This document shows, piece after piece, positions 12,311 through 26,169 of a stretch of 64,000 nucleotides of DNA. The notes under the pieces were generated by a model. That model worked only from the letters and a program-made list of their open reading frames with translations. It made no database searches and was not told where the DNA came from. Position 1 is the stretch's first letter. Every line of letters begins with the position of its first letter. This DNA comes from Octopus bimaculoides. Its lineage: Eukaryota. The DNA lies in NCBI RefSeq assembly GCF_001194135.2, contig NC_068981.1, forward strand, positions 37,778,053 to 37,842,052, in the 5' to 3' direction. A program made the position numbers and the translations under genes.

Positions 12311-14331
12311 TATTTGGCTATATTTTGGAATGTTGTAAACAACATTCTTGCCTTCATTGAATTCTTTTGTTACTCCAAAAATTTTTATTTTTCAATCTAG
12401 TCCATGTTCATTTGGTCAACACTACTACTATTTTCTACTATTGTTGTTAGTGATGGTGGTAGCAGTAGAAATAGCAGTAGTATTTATTATTATTATTATT
12501 ATTATTACCATCATCATTATAGTTATCACCATTACTATAACTGTCCATTTAGAACAGGTTGGAATTTATCAATAAAATTCATTTCTCTAATTTTTCTCTC
12601 AATTTCACTTGAGTTGTGTAGTTTGTAAAATGGGAATATTATAAACTGCAGGCACATCTGTAGACACAGCTGTACCCCTCCATGTAGAAGTACACACACG
12701 CCCACCCATACAAGTGTACTTGTATACAAACATGTAGGCTATTTTGTCAATTAGACAAGCAGCACCTCCTTATATTATGAGACACATGTACACAACTCAA
12801 ACCTGTGATACTACCACGTATGATAAGTCAGCATATATGATAGTAAGTCTTCCATGTTGATTACAGAAATTGTAACTCTCCAAGAAATGGAGTGATGTAT
12901 GCACCAGTAATACAAAGAACCGACTTTGTTATACACAGTGCCATGCCAAATCTGACTGAGGGTTATGTTAAGCATATAAAATGTCTGTAGTATACTTAGT
13001 AGTTAATGCTGTCATACAATAAGTAGGTTATTCTGTTGATTGAACAAAGGTAATAATTATGGGGCCTGCTTGTGTGCGTGCACGCGGGTGTGTGTGTGTG
13101 TGTGTGTGCGTGTGTGTGTATGTGTACGCGCACGTGTGTGTGTATGCATACGCACACGTGTGTGTGTGTGTAAGTATATACTCAGAGCTAACATTTAAGT
13201 TTTGGCTATATTTTCATGTTTTGAGTTTTATGAATTGTTGAAGAGACAAGTTGTAGTTTGTCATTTTCTACTCGATAAGATTCTAAACTTTTGATCAATT
13301 TTTGATACATGAAGTATTATCACTTGGAGCAAAATATTTTCTTGTCTTTTGTGGTGCTAAACCTCACAGCTGGAAATCTTGGAACCTGAGAATATTTGTT
13401 CCTTATTTTCTAGAATAGTTAAATGTACTTTTATTGCTTCTTCAATCTGATCTGATTTTGGTGCAAAATAATATTGATTACATACTTAAGTCTTAAGGGC
13501 ACAAATTTATAAAGTAGAATCATATTGTGCTTTGTGAAAGTTCTTTCCAGAGAGCAGCAGTGTGGCATAAATGGAATAAATTATCTCCAACTAAGAATAA
13601 AAAACATCTTGAAGGTTAAACACTATGGGAGTTTATCACTAACATTAAAGTTCTCACTATAGTAAGCTATACTAACAACCATTTGATATCTTTTGCCAAT
13701 GCATAGAGATGGAAAATTAGCAGTTCAGTATCCACACCAACAAGTTTCTTAGTATGTTGTTTGAATCAGTCAAACATTTGTAAAATTTATAACATTTTAG
13801 TTGGTGTTATTATTATTTAACCCCAGATCAACCCAATCAAACAGACTTTTGATCAAAGGGGTTCTAGCTATATCAGAATTATCCAATGTATCCTTCCTCT
13901 TTTAAGATAATGTGATGTGACTTAAGGAAGGTTTAGTTACCAGATGTAACAGGTTATTTCATCTGTATTCATATTGATGTTAGTGTGCTCTGGACTACAT
14001 TAAACAATGTGCTCTTTTGTTTTGGTGACAGGACATGTTTTAAGAGAGATTTGATAGCTATTTCAAGCTTGTCAGCTGATCAAATAGAAACACTCTCATT
14101 AACTTTTTGTATTCATGTATTCCTGGTTGGTGATCCTAAAATTAAGCTTTCTATATTTATTTGATGAACATTTGTGTATGAGACTTAATTATATCTTTAA
14201 TAAAACTTAAGCAACAAATGAGTGAATTCACCTCTATACATTGCAAATACTTATTGAAGCCAATGGAAGAGCCTCTGATATAGTAAAGCCTGCAAGATAT
14301 AGCAGCCAGAACTTCTTTTTAAACACCATAC

Positions 14332-14453
14332 CATCTTAAAATATGAAGGCAAATATTGATTGATGTTATGGGTCTGTATCTCTTCCTCCATGTCACAGAT
14401 ATCACTTAGTATTTCTTTAATTTCATTCTTTCCTTCTACATATTGTATTTTAC
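14332..14453 (-). CDS. Candidate internal coding exon of an unidentified gene: (G)KIQYVEGKNEIKEILSDICDMEEEIQTHNINQYLPSYFKM
   Basis: Acceptor ttttttcag, donor gatg|gtatgg, 122 nt, phase 1 to 0, purine-rich unique sequence. No homology recognised. Confidence 0.35.
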
Positions 14454-14659
14454 CTGAAAAAATGATTGGATGTTCATGGTTGGAGTCTCTTTGCTCATAG
14501 GTCTGCATGGCTAAACAGTTACAGGTATTATTTTACTGACCTTGTAAATGATGAAAAGCAAAAATTATTGATTATGACAACATTTGGACACAAGATGAAA
14601 AGTGACATAACTCTTCCTATTAGATTCATAACTTGGACTGTTGGTTTCATGTCTCTATA

Positions 14660-16330
14660 GTTATTCCTTCTGAGAATATCTCCTTTCTCCTAGTAGCAGT
14701 TGATACTGACACTGATTTACCAATCATTGGGGATGAAAGCAATGCCCCATATTACAGAACCTGATTACCCTTATACCTGATTGGCATGAGTCACCAGCAT
14801 AAGTCCTACTTCACCAGATATTTTCAACATTCCAGTGTCTATCCCTGGTTCACTTGCTTTCTCTGCCTCCATATCCAGAATAGTTTCTTTCAATCTTGTA
14901 GCTGTCAACTCTAATAACTTGCCCCATTGTTGAATCTACACACTGTAGTCATTCTATCTTCTGCACATTCTCTTCATTCAGGAATCTCTCATAGTAGCAG
15001 GTCTATGCCTCTTTCTTCTTAGCATCAGTTTAATTCAAGCATACTATTATAATTTTTTTTGGTTTTTTTGATACAATTCTCTCTAAATACACCCTCAATC
15101 CCACCAAGATACTGCTTTGCTATCTGGAATATCTCATTTTCACGAGCTTCTTGTCACAGAACATTTAGCAAATCTCTTACTGTTTTACTCCTTGTAAACT
15201 TAAGTCTAGCTGTTCTTCTGGTTGATTTGTTCTCTTTAGCCTAATTTTCTTCCTTGTTCTCAGAATCATTCTTCCATTCTTTTCAGGTCTGTCACTTAGT
15301 TTTTATCACTTTGTCTTCTGTCTCATTCCACCACCAAGTTACCTACTGATTTGATCTATAGTTCACAACAGAATATCTCAAAGCAACTCTCAATCATAGT
15401 CTGTTATGAGTGTCTTCCCATCCTTTTTCATGTCACTTAGTATTTTGAACTTCAATTTCCAAATCTATTTTCTCTAGATTGCTTTGTGTCTCTAAGCCTG
15501 TCTAGTAGCCATCATGGTATCGTTAAAATTACCAATAATGGTGATTTGATCACTTTCATTAGCAGTTATCTCGATATTCTATGAGATGTTCGCAAAGAAA
15601 CTGCCATTTTGCTCATCCTCATTCTGATACCTATGTACATATCCCTGTTGCAGTCATGCTGTCTATAACTTGTCAAAGTTTAATTACTCTACTGTCTAAT
15701 CTAACTGCCTCAATTACTTTGTTTACCAACAGTTTGATTTTTCCACAAATCTCAGAGATGTTACCCATCTTATATACTCTAGCATCTATGCAATCTCTCC
15801 AAAGGTACCCTTTCTTGTGGTAATATTGATGATAGTGGAGGCACAATGGCCCAGTGGTTAGGGCAGCGGACTCGCGGTTATAGGATCGTGGTTTCGATTT
15901 CCAGACCGGGCGTTGTGAGTGTTTATTGAGCGAAAAACACCTAAAGCTCCACAAGGCTCCAGTAGGGGATGATAGTGAACGCTGCTGTATTCTTTCACCA
16001 CAACTTTCTCCCACTCTTACTTCCTGTTTCTGTTGTGCCTGTAATTCAAAGGGTCAGCCTTGTCACACTGTGTCACGCTGAATATCCCCAAGAACTACAT
16101 TAAGGGTACACGTGTCTGCGGAGTGCTCAGCAACTTGCACGTTAATTTCACAAGCAGGCTGTTCCATTGATCGGATCGATTTGGAACCCTCAACGTCATA
16201 AGCGACGGAGTGCCAACAACAATTGATGATAGTCTACGTGAAGTTTTGCTCTTTCTTTAAGAAGAGACTTCTTTATTGTGACATTGATGGTGCCCCTGAA
16301 AGGATGTGAGTTGACAGTGTAATCATTTGA
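14660..16330 (-). mobile_element. Decayed RTE-clade LINE (ORF2 remnant), interrupted by a SINE
   Basis: Minus-strand translations VTWWWNETEDKVIKTK*QT*KEWKN (~15270-15345) and MLKISGEVGLMLVT (~14790-14830) are characteristic of the RTE ORF2 linker and RT-proximal region. Many stops. Confidence 0.75.
15837..16221 (+). mobile_element. Full-length tRNA-derived SINE with 12-bp target-site duplication
   Basis: A box tggcccagtggtt, B box ggtttcgatttcc, (aac)n tail. TSD attgatgatagt at 15825-15836 and 16222-16233. Confidence 0.9.
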
Positions 16331-16501
16331 TATGAATCAAAGAATAGATACATTTAATCACACCCATTACTGGTAAGCAGTTGTCCTATATACCCAATTA
16401 GGGTTTTCCAATGATTTTGTAATTGTCATATATTGGGCGTGCTTCATATGTATTGTGTGTGTGCATGTATGCATGCGTGTGTGTTTGTGTTTGTGTGTGC
16501 G

Positions 16502-16547
<46 letters not shown>

Positions 16548-17838
16548 TGTGTTTTAAATCTGTATAAGTGAAGAGGATGGCATATTAAATGCCAAATGCA
16601 AATATTTTTTATTTAATATGAAATGTCTTTCAGGTGGAGAAAGGAAGCAAAACCTAGTAGCAATTTATAAGGGAAGAACATTTTGATTTTTGTTTGTAGG
16701 AAAGGGACAATGATAGACATTCTCCAATCTATTTGACCTCATCTACATTGTATACTCTACTTAAGTCTACCTGATCACTTGACAAATATTTTTACATACT
16801 GTAAAAATGTAACAAATAATTTTTCCCAAAGTAAAAAAAACTTTGAGTTATTATTATTTGATCATTATATTTTATAATTTAAAAATATATACATATGGGC
16901 AGATATGTTTTTAATGTCTAATGTAGTTAATTTATATATGGCTCAAACTTCTACAGTCCAAATGATATCATATGGCATTTTATGGATAGCATGACTATAC
17001 ATTTTCGTGTATATGTATACATATTCACCATGGGTTTGTAAATGACATCTTAAATAATCAAAGACTTTGAGCCTCAGCTCTTGAAATGCCATAAACAGTT
17101 ATTAATTTATATATATATATTTTTTTACATTATTTACTTTTTATAAATCACAATTAATTTTCCTACATTATTTATAAAAGGAACTATGTTTGATATATTT
17201 TAAAGTAAATATTCAGATATTTGCAATATAACTGGGTGACAGGGGATGAAAAGATCCCAAGTGGTTTTGAGAATATATATCAAATGGAAAAGATAAATAT
17301 CAGTCTTTCAGCTGGAAAATGTTCATGAATTATTATTGATCATTATTGGAAAAGGTAAAAAAGATGAACAAGTAAATATGCGATGTGTTTTACAGTCTGT
17401 AAATAGGCTTTCATGTCAACCTGCAGAAGTAGCTGGGAGAGTAACAATATACTCAATTACACAAACAGCAATCTTACTGGAAAATTAAATAACAATTTTA
17501 GAGATTTTCTCAGATGTACTGATATATGTTAACAAACCAAGAATCTATAACAGCTCTCTGAGCAAAAGAAAACATCTAGGAGACAAATATAAAAACTCAT
17601 TCAGCTCAGTCTTACATTTTTACATGGATATGTATACGTGTACATAAATTGAAATGGATAGCTATATTGACCAACTATTCAAACAAGCGCTCATAGGCTA
17701 TAACCAATGAATCCACTTCAAAGTTAATAATTCTTCCTTTGCCCTTTTAACCCTAAACTGGTTGTAACATCAAAAGTACTTTTTGGTATCTATTTTATTT
17801 ATTAGAATTTTTTTGAAATATCGTAACTATATTTAATA

Positions 17839-19340
17839 CTAGCAGAAATACCCGGCGTTGCCCGGGTTAAAGAGAATAATGAAATCTAAAAACGCCGTCT
17901 AGGCTACGCATCATCTTTATATATAGAGATGTATATACACACACGCACCCAAACACACGTATATATATGTATATCAATATAAATATATGAAAGTCAATGA
18001 AGTTTCGTAAAAGAAGGTGATCATGTACATACTTTCTTGCTGTTTTGATTATAACACCTCATTGTAAACTATGTTCCTTGTTTTCCCTTGTGGAGCATAT
18101 ACAAATAGGTTTTTTGTTGCTGCCCACTCTTGAGCAGCCAACATACAGTTGTCCATGTGAGAAGCAGGGCTCTTCCNNNNNNNNNNNNNNNNNNNNNNNN
18201 NNNNNNNNNNNNNNNNNNNNNNNNNNNNNNNNNNNNNNNNNNNNNNNNNNNNNNNNNNNNNNNNNNNNNNNNNNNNNNNNNNNNNNNNNNNNNNNNNNNN
18301 NNNNNNNNNNNNNNNNNNNNNNNNNNNNNNNNNNNNNNNNNNNNNNNNNNNNNNNNNNNNNNNNNNNNNNNNNNNNNNNNNNNNNNNNNNNNNNNNNNNN
18401 NNNNNNNNNNNNNNNNNNNNNNNNNNNNNNNNNNNNNNNNNNNNNNNNNNNNNNNNNNNNNNNNNNNNNNNNNNNNNNNNNNNNNNNNNNNNNNNNNNNN
18501 NNNNNNNNNNNNNNNNNNNNNNNNNNNNNNNNNNNNNNNNNNNNNNNNNNNNNNNNNNNNNNNNNNNNNNNNNNNNNNNNNNNNNNNNNNNNNNNNNNNN
18601 NNNNNNNNNNNNNNNNNNNNNNNNNNNNNNNNNNNNNNNNNNNNNNNNNNNNNNNNNNNNNNNNNNNNNNNNNNNNNNNNNNNNNNNNNNNNNNNNNNNN
18701 NNNNNNNNNNNNNNNNNNNNNNNNNNNNNNNNNNNNNNNNNNNNNNNNNNNNNNNNNNNNNNNNNNNNNNNNNNNNNNNNNNNNNNNNNNNNNNNNNNNN
18801 NNNNNNNNNNNNNNNNNNNNNNNNNNNNNNNNNNNNNNNNNNNNNNNNNNNNNNNNNNNNNNNNNNNNNNNNNNNNNNNNNNNNNNNNNNNNNNNNNNNN
18901 NNNNNNNNNNNNNNNNNNNNNNNNNNNNNNNNNNNNNNNNNNNNNNNNNNNNNNNNNNNNNNNNNNNNNNNNNNNNNNNNNNNNNNNNNNNNNNNNNNNN
19001 NNNNNNNNNNNNNNNNNNNNNACTACAGTATCGAAATGTGATTGTTTCAGTTAGTGGAATAGTTTCATTTTTAAAGTGAAAGTATTTGACATGAGTGTTT
19101 TTGTTTCACTTTTGACACATAATACTTAAATAGTGGAGGAGATATTATGTTGCCGTGTGCTCGAACTCTGCAAGAAGTTAATAATTTTTTTTGACTAAAA
19201 CACAACTGGAACCCTAAGTAAGGCATGTGTAAAATTTTAATGAAATTGATTGCGTAGTTCTCGAGTTTTAGGGATTCACACAGACTGACAGACAGACAGA
19301 CAGACAGGCAGACACACATTCTCATTTTTATATATATAGA
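17839..19340 (-). mobile_element. Composite Helitron spanning an assembly gap
   Basis: 5' end A|TCTATATATATAAAAATGAG followed by (CTGT)n at 19340, and a helicase remnant at 18049-18176. 3' hairpin CCCGGGCAACGCCGGG plus CTAG|T at 17839. Confidence 0.75.
18049..18176 (-). pseudogene. Helitron RepHel PIF1-like helicase C-terminus
   Basis: Minus strand reads EEPCFSHGQLYVGCSRVGSNK, then a +1 frameshift in an A-run, then NLFVYAPQGKTRNIVYNEVL*. SHGQLYVAxSRV is the conserved PIF1 motif VI region. The upstream part lies in the gap. Confidence 0.9.
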
Positions 19341-22300
19341 TTTTCTAACTCTAATATAGATAGATTTTGTCTGAGAGAATGATATTTATTTTATATATTT
19401 TATTTTCTTGCTATCAAGCTTACCTTGAAAAACAACACTTGATTGCTAATTGATGTTCAACTACTTGAAAATTTAACTTAACCATCATTACCTTTATATT
19501 TTATACCAACATTGAGATCAATTATCTGATTAAATTTCTACTTTCTGGCAGGGCTTGTTCTTATTACTCATTTCTATAAATCCCTAAAGAGCAAAAAGAA
19601 ATAATCTTCATTGTTTTATAGGTCATAATTATTTCTACTTTTTATTTAGATATACCTAGTTATAAATTTACAGTTGATAGCATACTGGACAATTAACAAC
19701 TGGTTCACTGGCTTGCATCTAATGAGTTAAATCTCTAGAGCCCTGTCAACAAAGCTGTATCTAGGTTTCATGAAGAAGCACAACTTACTGCTATAAACAT
19801 TCACATAATTATTGCTCATTTCCTTAGCTTGTGGTGTGAGGCTGAAATCATGAATCAACTCAATACAATTCCAATTAGTTTATTGAATTACTATACTGAA
19901 GATTAAGTCTTCATTGATATTTCAATGCTTAATAACTTACAAAACTTTACTTGCTATTCAAGTGTATATCTAAAATATATACATACATACCACTAAGCTC
20001 AGAATTGAATAGCAATTTAAATAAAGTCATATGCTTAGAAATCATTCAGACATCTGTCCTCTACAGTTGAGTTTAGTTCCCTGTGGATTCTAACTATTCA
20101 TATGCAAAAATCACCAATATTTTTTAAATTAAGGAAGAAATTACCATTTATTATTTCTTAAGTTTTTTAAAAAAATATATTATAAGAGTGATTAAAAACA
20201 CATTACTAATATATAAAAAGTAAAATGATGAAAATCAGATATGACTATCTAGTAAAGATCATAAATAATGCATTTGATCCGGAAATGCATTTGTGTACAA
20301 AACTGAAATGTCACTAGGCTTATAGTTAACAAATGGTCTCAAGGTTTGCCTATGATTTATGAAACAGACTATGGTAGAGAATATGTTTTTAAATAGCTGC
20401 ATTAATTTATGGTTCCTATTTAGAATGAATAATTGAAAAGATTCTTCGGCTTTTTATGAATTATCAACAATAATTACCATAAATGTTTTTCCAAATAAAA
20501 TGTAAAATCCATTTTTACAAAATGACATTTTCATCTACTTGGTTATTTATTAAAACATCAGCCTTCTTAAGGTGTCTCTATATGAATATTTTAAATATGG
20601 AGTAATGTTTTAAATATGGAATATTTGAATGAATTCCATATGCTTGAATTTATATGAGGTTTAACGATATTTTACCCTTCAAAATTTTTGCATCATAATC
20701 TGAAAACACAAATCTGCATTATTTCAAAACAAAGAAAGAAAAGTAAAGCAAAGAAAGCAACTTTTCTGACTACTTAATTGTATCTTTAACAATTAATCTT
20801 AGAATAAAAAAAAATAAGCATTTTCTTCATCCAGGAGAGGTAATACTCATACATAACTTTGGCTCTATTTGTTTTCTCTATTCCAAGTATTCAAAGAACA
20901 TTAGTTTCAGCAATCAGTTTAGCCTCTCCGTTCTTACAATGACAATAATAAAAGAGGGTTACATAAACATTCATGGGAGATTTAAAGGGTTCCATATTTG
21001 AGTTCAAATTCAAATATATTTAGCAACCATGATCATATAAGGTAAGCACCAGTAACAATATAAGCCATATATAGTGTGATACACTTAAAGTTGAGTTTCC
21101 AGCATTTAACATATTACTTTTGTATATGTTTTTACTAAGGTTAAAAAGATGTTACTTAATAGAAACAACATTATGTTTTGCAAGTCAGATTTCATTGACA
21201 GAACTTAATCTCATGCTTCAAATGATTTCCATCATATGCAGCAGGTTACTATGAAATATCAGGTTGCTTTTATTGCACAAACTTTATAAAACAAAATCAA
21301 TAAAACCAGAATGTACTCATTAATAAATATACTGTTCAAATATTTACCATAACCAAACTTTTTTGCTTTTATCTTAAAAACAGAAAATATTTACTATTTT
21401 GTCTTTCTAATGCCAACTTCCCACATACCAGTTTCACAATAAATTTGGCTTAGATATTATCACAGATATAAGTAACCTGAGCAGCAACTGACATTCATAA
21501 AATTATGACTATCCTTGCTGCTTTCAATATCATCATCATCACTATCATTAATGCTAATACTATAATTAATTATCACTAATAGTCACTAATATTATTAATC
21601 TTCTTGACCACATGAACTTCAGAATGAAAAGCAAATGCTTCTAAAATAAACCAAACTTAATGTGAACTCGATATACTCAACAAGCTTAATTTCATGTGTC
21701 GTTGTCAACGACTACACTGGTTACTCAAAAACTAGCATAAATTCTCATTGACTTTTAACATGGACACAAGATTACAAAATATTGCTGGGAATCACTACAG
21801 TCATTAAATTGATACCCGATATTAGACTGGTCCTTTTCTCAAACCCCAGAAGGATAAAAGGCAAAACTGAAACTAATAGATTTTGAACTGTGTTGGTATA
21901 AGACTGATAACTAAATTGTGTGAGGTTAGTTTGTCTGATGCTCTAGCGATTCTGCCAATTCACTGCCCTTAATTCGTATTTAATTTTAATGACTATAGTT
22001 CCGAGCTAACGTACCACAACCACCACCACCACCACCATCACCACCACCACCACCACCACCACCACCACCACTACTACCACCACTACTACTACTACTACTA
22101 CTAATACTGCATAATTCTAAATTTTACTATACGTTTACTGCTACTAAGGGCACTGCCATGGTTGTGTGGTTTAAGAAGTTCTCCTTGCACTTGTTTGGTT
22201 TCTGTTTCAATCCTGTTCTATGACACCTTAGGAAAGTACATCTTCAGTTTCACCACAACCTTGAGAATGCAATTTGATGGACAAAGCTGTGTGAAATTAT

Positions 22301-22489
22301 TACTAAGTAACTGTTCTTGTTTTGGAATGATAAATTTAACCTGTCATTTTGTTTTAAAATCATCCTGGGTGATTTTAGGGAGTACACTCCGTTGTTAAGT
22401 TGCCACTCTGAGGTTAATATTTTCCCTTCTTCGAGTCAGTATGAGCAGTCTTGCAAAAGTCATGGGTACTAGCGTTCCTCTCCTCATTA

Positions 22490-22637
22490 ACCTGTGTGGT
22501 TCACAAGTTTGTTTCTCAACCATATGGTTTTGGGTTCAATACAGTTGCATGGCACCTTGAGCAAATGTCTTTTATGACACTTTGGACAGACCAAAGCCTT
22601 GTGAGTGGTTTTGATGAGCAGAAACTGAAAAAACTGT

Positions 22638-22640
<3 letters not shown>
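22490..22640 (+). mobile_element. Truncated tRNA-derived SINE (same family as 28817)
   Basis: catatggttttgggttcaatacagttgcatggcaccttgagcaaatgtc...ccaaagccttgtgagtgg...gaaactgaaa. Confidence 0.65.
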
Positions 22641-22688
<48 letters not shown>

Positions 22689-22834
22689 GTGTGTGTGTAT
22701 GTACCTGTGTGTGTGCGTGTGTGCGTGTGTGTCCATGTATTTGTTTATATTTATGCTTCTCTAAAAATCACTGAGCAACAAGTAGTGATGTAGCCATTTT
22801 CCTTGACAGATCATGGACGATATTTGTGTCTTCA

Positions 22835-23006
22835 AAGATATGTTGATTAAAACATTCTTTACTTGACAATTGTCAAGTAAGGAATGTTTTAATCAACATA
22901 TAGTAATATACCTAGTAAATATTACTATTAAGGCACTGCTTTTTTACAACCAGATTCTTTCTAACCACCAATTGTCAAGTAAGGAATGTGTTAATCAACA
23001 TATCTT
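22835..23006. repeat. 64-bp spacerless palindrome (22838-22901) plus a third arm copy (22971-23006)
   Basis: atatgttgattaaaacattctttacttgacaa|ttgtcaagtaaggaatgttttaatcaacatat (1 mismatch). The arm is repeated downstream as ttgtcaagtaaggaatgtgttaatcaacatatctt. Confidence 0.9.
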
Positions 23007-24340
23007 TCATAATATTGTTCCTCTCTACTGACATTTTCTATTGATCACCCTACTGTGCAATCAGTTATTTCACCCTCTCTTTTGAACCACTTCCTCCTGA
23101 TTCACCTCTATGTACCTCTGATTACCTCAGTTCATATCACCATGTATTTCACTCTACCCTCACACTTTGAACCTGCCTGTCCACTGGCAACCTGTTATTC
23201 CCCTTTCTCTTTCTTTCCCCTAGCTATTGCTTTATTATCATTTTGATGCTCTTCATGCTTTCTGTACTGCCACTCCTCTAGCTTCTCCCAGCTCATATTT
23301 ATCATCAACCATTACTCTACTCTTATTCACCATTCACTTCATTCACACTTCACCCTACTTTTATTCTAGCCATCCCTCACTTTCCATATACACTCTTGCA
23401 ACTGCTACCCATTCATCCTTACAAGTCTGTCCCCTTCTTTCATATTCTAACCTCTAAATACTTAACATAAAGCAAACTGTCTCTCATATTCACCCACTCA
23501 GTTGAAAGGGATATTAGACTTGTAAGTAACATGGAGACCTCACTTGTGCTGGTGCATGGAAAAAAGCATCTGGTTCACTTTGAAAAGTGGTTGGTGCTAG
23601 GAAGTGTATCCCACTGTAGAAACTATGACCAAATAGGCATTGGAGTTGACACAATTCTCTCTCTCATTAGACCCTGTCAAACTGTCCTACACATGCCTGC
23701 ATGAAAAATGGACATTAAATGACTATGATAATGATAATGACCAAAACGAAAAATAGGTAACACTGGCAAAGAATCTCAAATATGTCAGTTTTATTACAAT
23801 GGGAGCTTAACCAAGCTTCTGAAGATTACACCATTAGGTTATGTTAATTCATACCCCCCCCCCCATACACACACACATACACACACTAATACATACACAA
23901 ATACAGCTTTGCAAGTTGTATTTCTCTGCTTATATTTTTTTTGTTCAGCCTTATGTCTTTACTTCCAAGAAATGTAATACAAGGGGAGGAATTAGAAAAT
24001 AATTTACTGCCAAAACAAATATATGATGAGGAAACTATCTATTCCAATAAAACTCCAAATGGAATTTGACAGTTTAATACCCAGTAAATCCGTTTGCTGA
24101 AAGTTCTTGCACTGAAATTACTTACTGGAAGATTGTTACGTAATAACTTGGAAAAAAAAAAACGTGTTATATAAATTGCTGCTGTTTTTCAATGAGGTTA
24201 AATAAAATAAATTTGTACACGATGATTTATATCATTGCTATCGCTTTTTCTTTCTCTTGCTATCTTTCTCAAACATATGTATGCACATTTGCATAGGCTT
24301 AAATATATGTATATATAAATATATGCACACACACACATAG

Positions 24341-24397
<57 letters not shown>

Positions 24398-26104
24398 TAT
24401 ATATATATATGTATATATATAAATATATGGATATATATATACATACATATATGTATGCATGTATATATGTACATATGCATATATGCATTTATATGGATAT
24501 ATGTATATAAGTATGTATGCAGGTATAATATACGTATGTGTATGTATATAGATGGATATGTGTATGAGTGTGTGTACAGAGAGCATGTGAGATACATACA
24601 TAATTTGAGAAAGAATGATATGGACACATCCATACATGCACACACACACACACATGCACACACTCACATGTATACACACCTATTCTTTTGTATACAAACT
24701 GTAAGTAAAAGAAATAAATTGTAGAAAATACTTGTAAATTCCCATTAAATATGTAACATAAATATAATACTTATCAGTTATTTTCTGAATAGCATAAACT
24801 TTGCAATCAACCAATGTATGCACAGAGAAGAAATAAAATTTTATTACATTCCCATAGTTACCTATAATTTTTTGCTGTTGCTTTATTTAATCTTTTCTGT
24901 TTAGTATCCATTTAAATTCAATGATGCACATTCAGAAATCATTTATCAGGATTTCATTTTTTTCCTCCAAAATGATATATTCCTACTCTTTACTTACATT
25001 TCTAATGTCTTTAGAAAAAGCATGAAAGCCATAATTTCTTATATCTGCTCTGCTAAACAACTTAGGTTTCATAATCATAATCATAGTCATCACTGTCGTC
25101 ATCGTCGTTTTCATCATCATAATCCTTGTCATCATCATCATATCATATTCACTTATACAAGAAGCTTGTATGGGTTGGATGGGTTTTCTAAGGTAGAATT
25201 TTTATGACTTGATGCTCTTTCTGTTGCTAACACTTTTAGTAATTTTCATTAGAATGTGGAGGGATATGGCATACCTGTTCTAAAACAAGGGTACCTACAG
25301 TAAGTAAAGGCAAATTAATAAATAAATAAATTTAAAAGTGATGCAGCACAGAATTTTGCTAGTGAACAGGTCGCGGTCTCAAAGCGACGAAAATATTTTG
25401 ACAAATTAAATTTAAATGTTGAAATGAATCTAACGGTTTTTGTGTGTTATTTTAAATGACTTATAAACACCTTCCACGCTGAAATTTAAAAGTCATTTTA
25501 ATAAATGCATCAAAGTTCTTGGACATTGTCAATGTAACAGTTACGCAGGACTACTTGATTCATTAAGTATAAGGAGAAAGAGGTTAATAAGTTGTTCTAT
25601 CTTGTGCTTTATAGCACTGAAGAGGAAAGACAGTAGCAAGAGTAGCTGTGCTTCCCAACCACATGGTTCCAGGTTCAGACCCACTGCATGGCATCTTGAG
25701 CAAATGTCTTCTGCTATAGCCTCAGATCCCGCTCAGATGGTGCTGTTAGCGCTCCACTGGCACGGGTACCAGTCATCAAATTTGGTTCAGTTACAATTTC
25801 ACTTGCCCCAACAGGTCTTCGCAAGCAGAGCTTAGTGTCCCATGATGGAAGGTTAGCATGGGTGCCAGTCATCAAAAGCAAAAATAAGTTTTCTGTTTAG
25901 TCCTGGAGAATTAAAAGCTATTATATACCAGAGTATCTATTTTTGATCTTTTATCTTTTGCTCATTTCAATCATTGCCAAGGCATTGCTTTGAAGGCTTT
26001 TAGTTAAACAGATCGAACTGTACCATTTCCTTGACTACCCTTCTCAATAAGTCTTCTATCAATCAGTTCAATGCATATCAAGGCAAACACCCTGAATGTG
26101 TTAC

Positions 26105-26169
26105 CTGTTTATAGGTTTGGTTTAAATGTGATCCTAAATAGCCAACTGTTGTAGTAAATGTCAAAATAT
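26105..26169 (-). CDS. Candidate coding exon: (D)ILTFTTTVGYLGSHLNQTYKQ
   Basis: Acceptor tttcatttcag, donor cag|gtaaca, 65 nt, open frame. No homology recognised. Confidence 0.3.
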
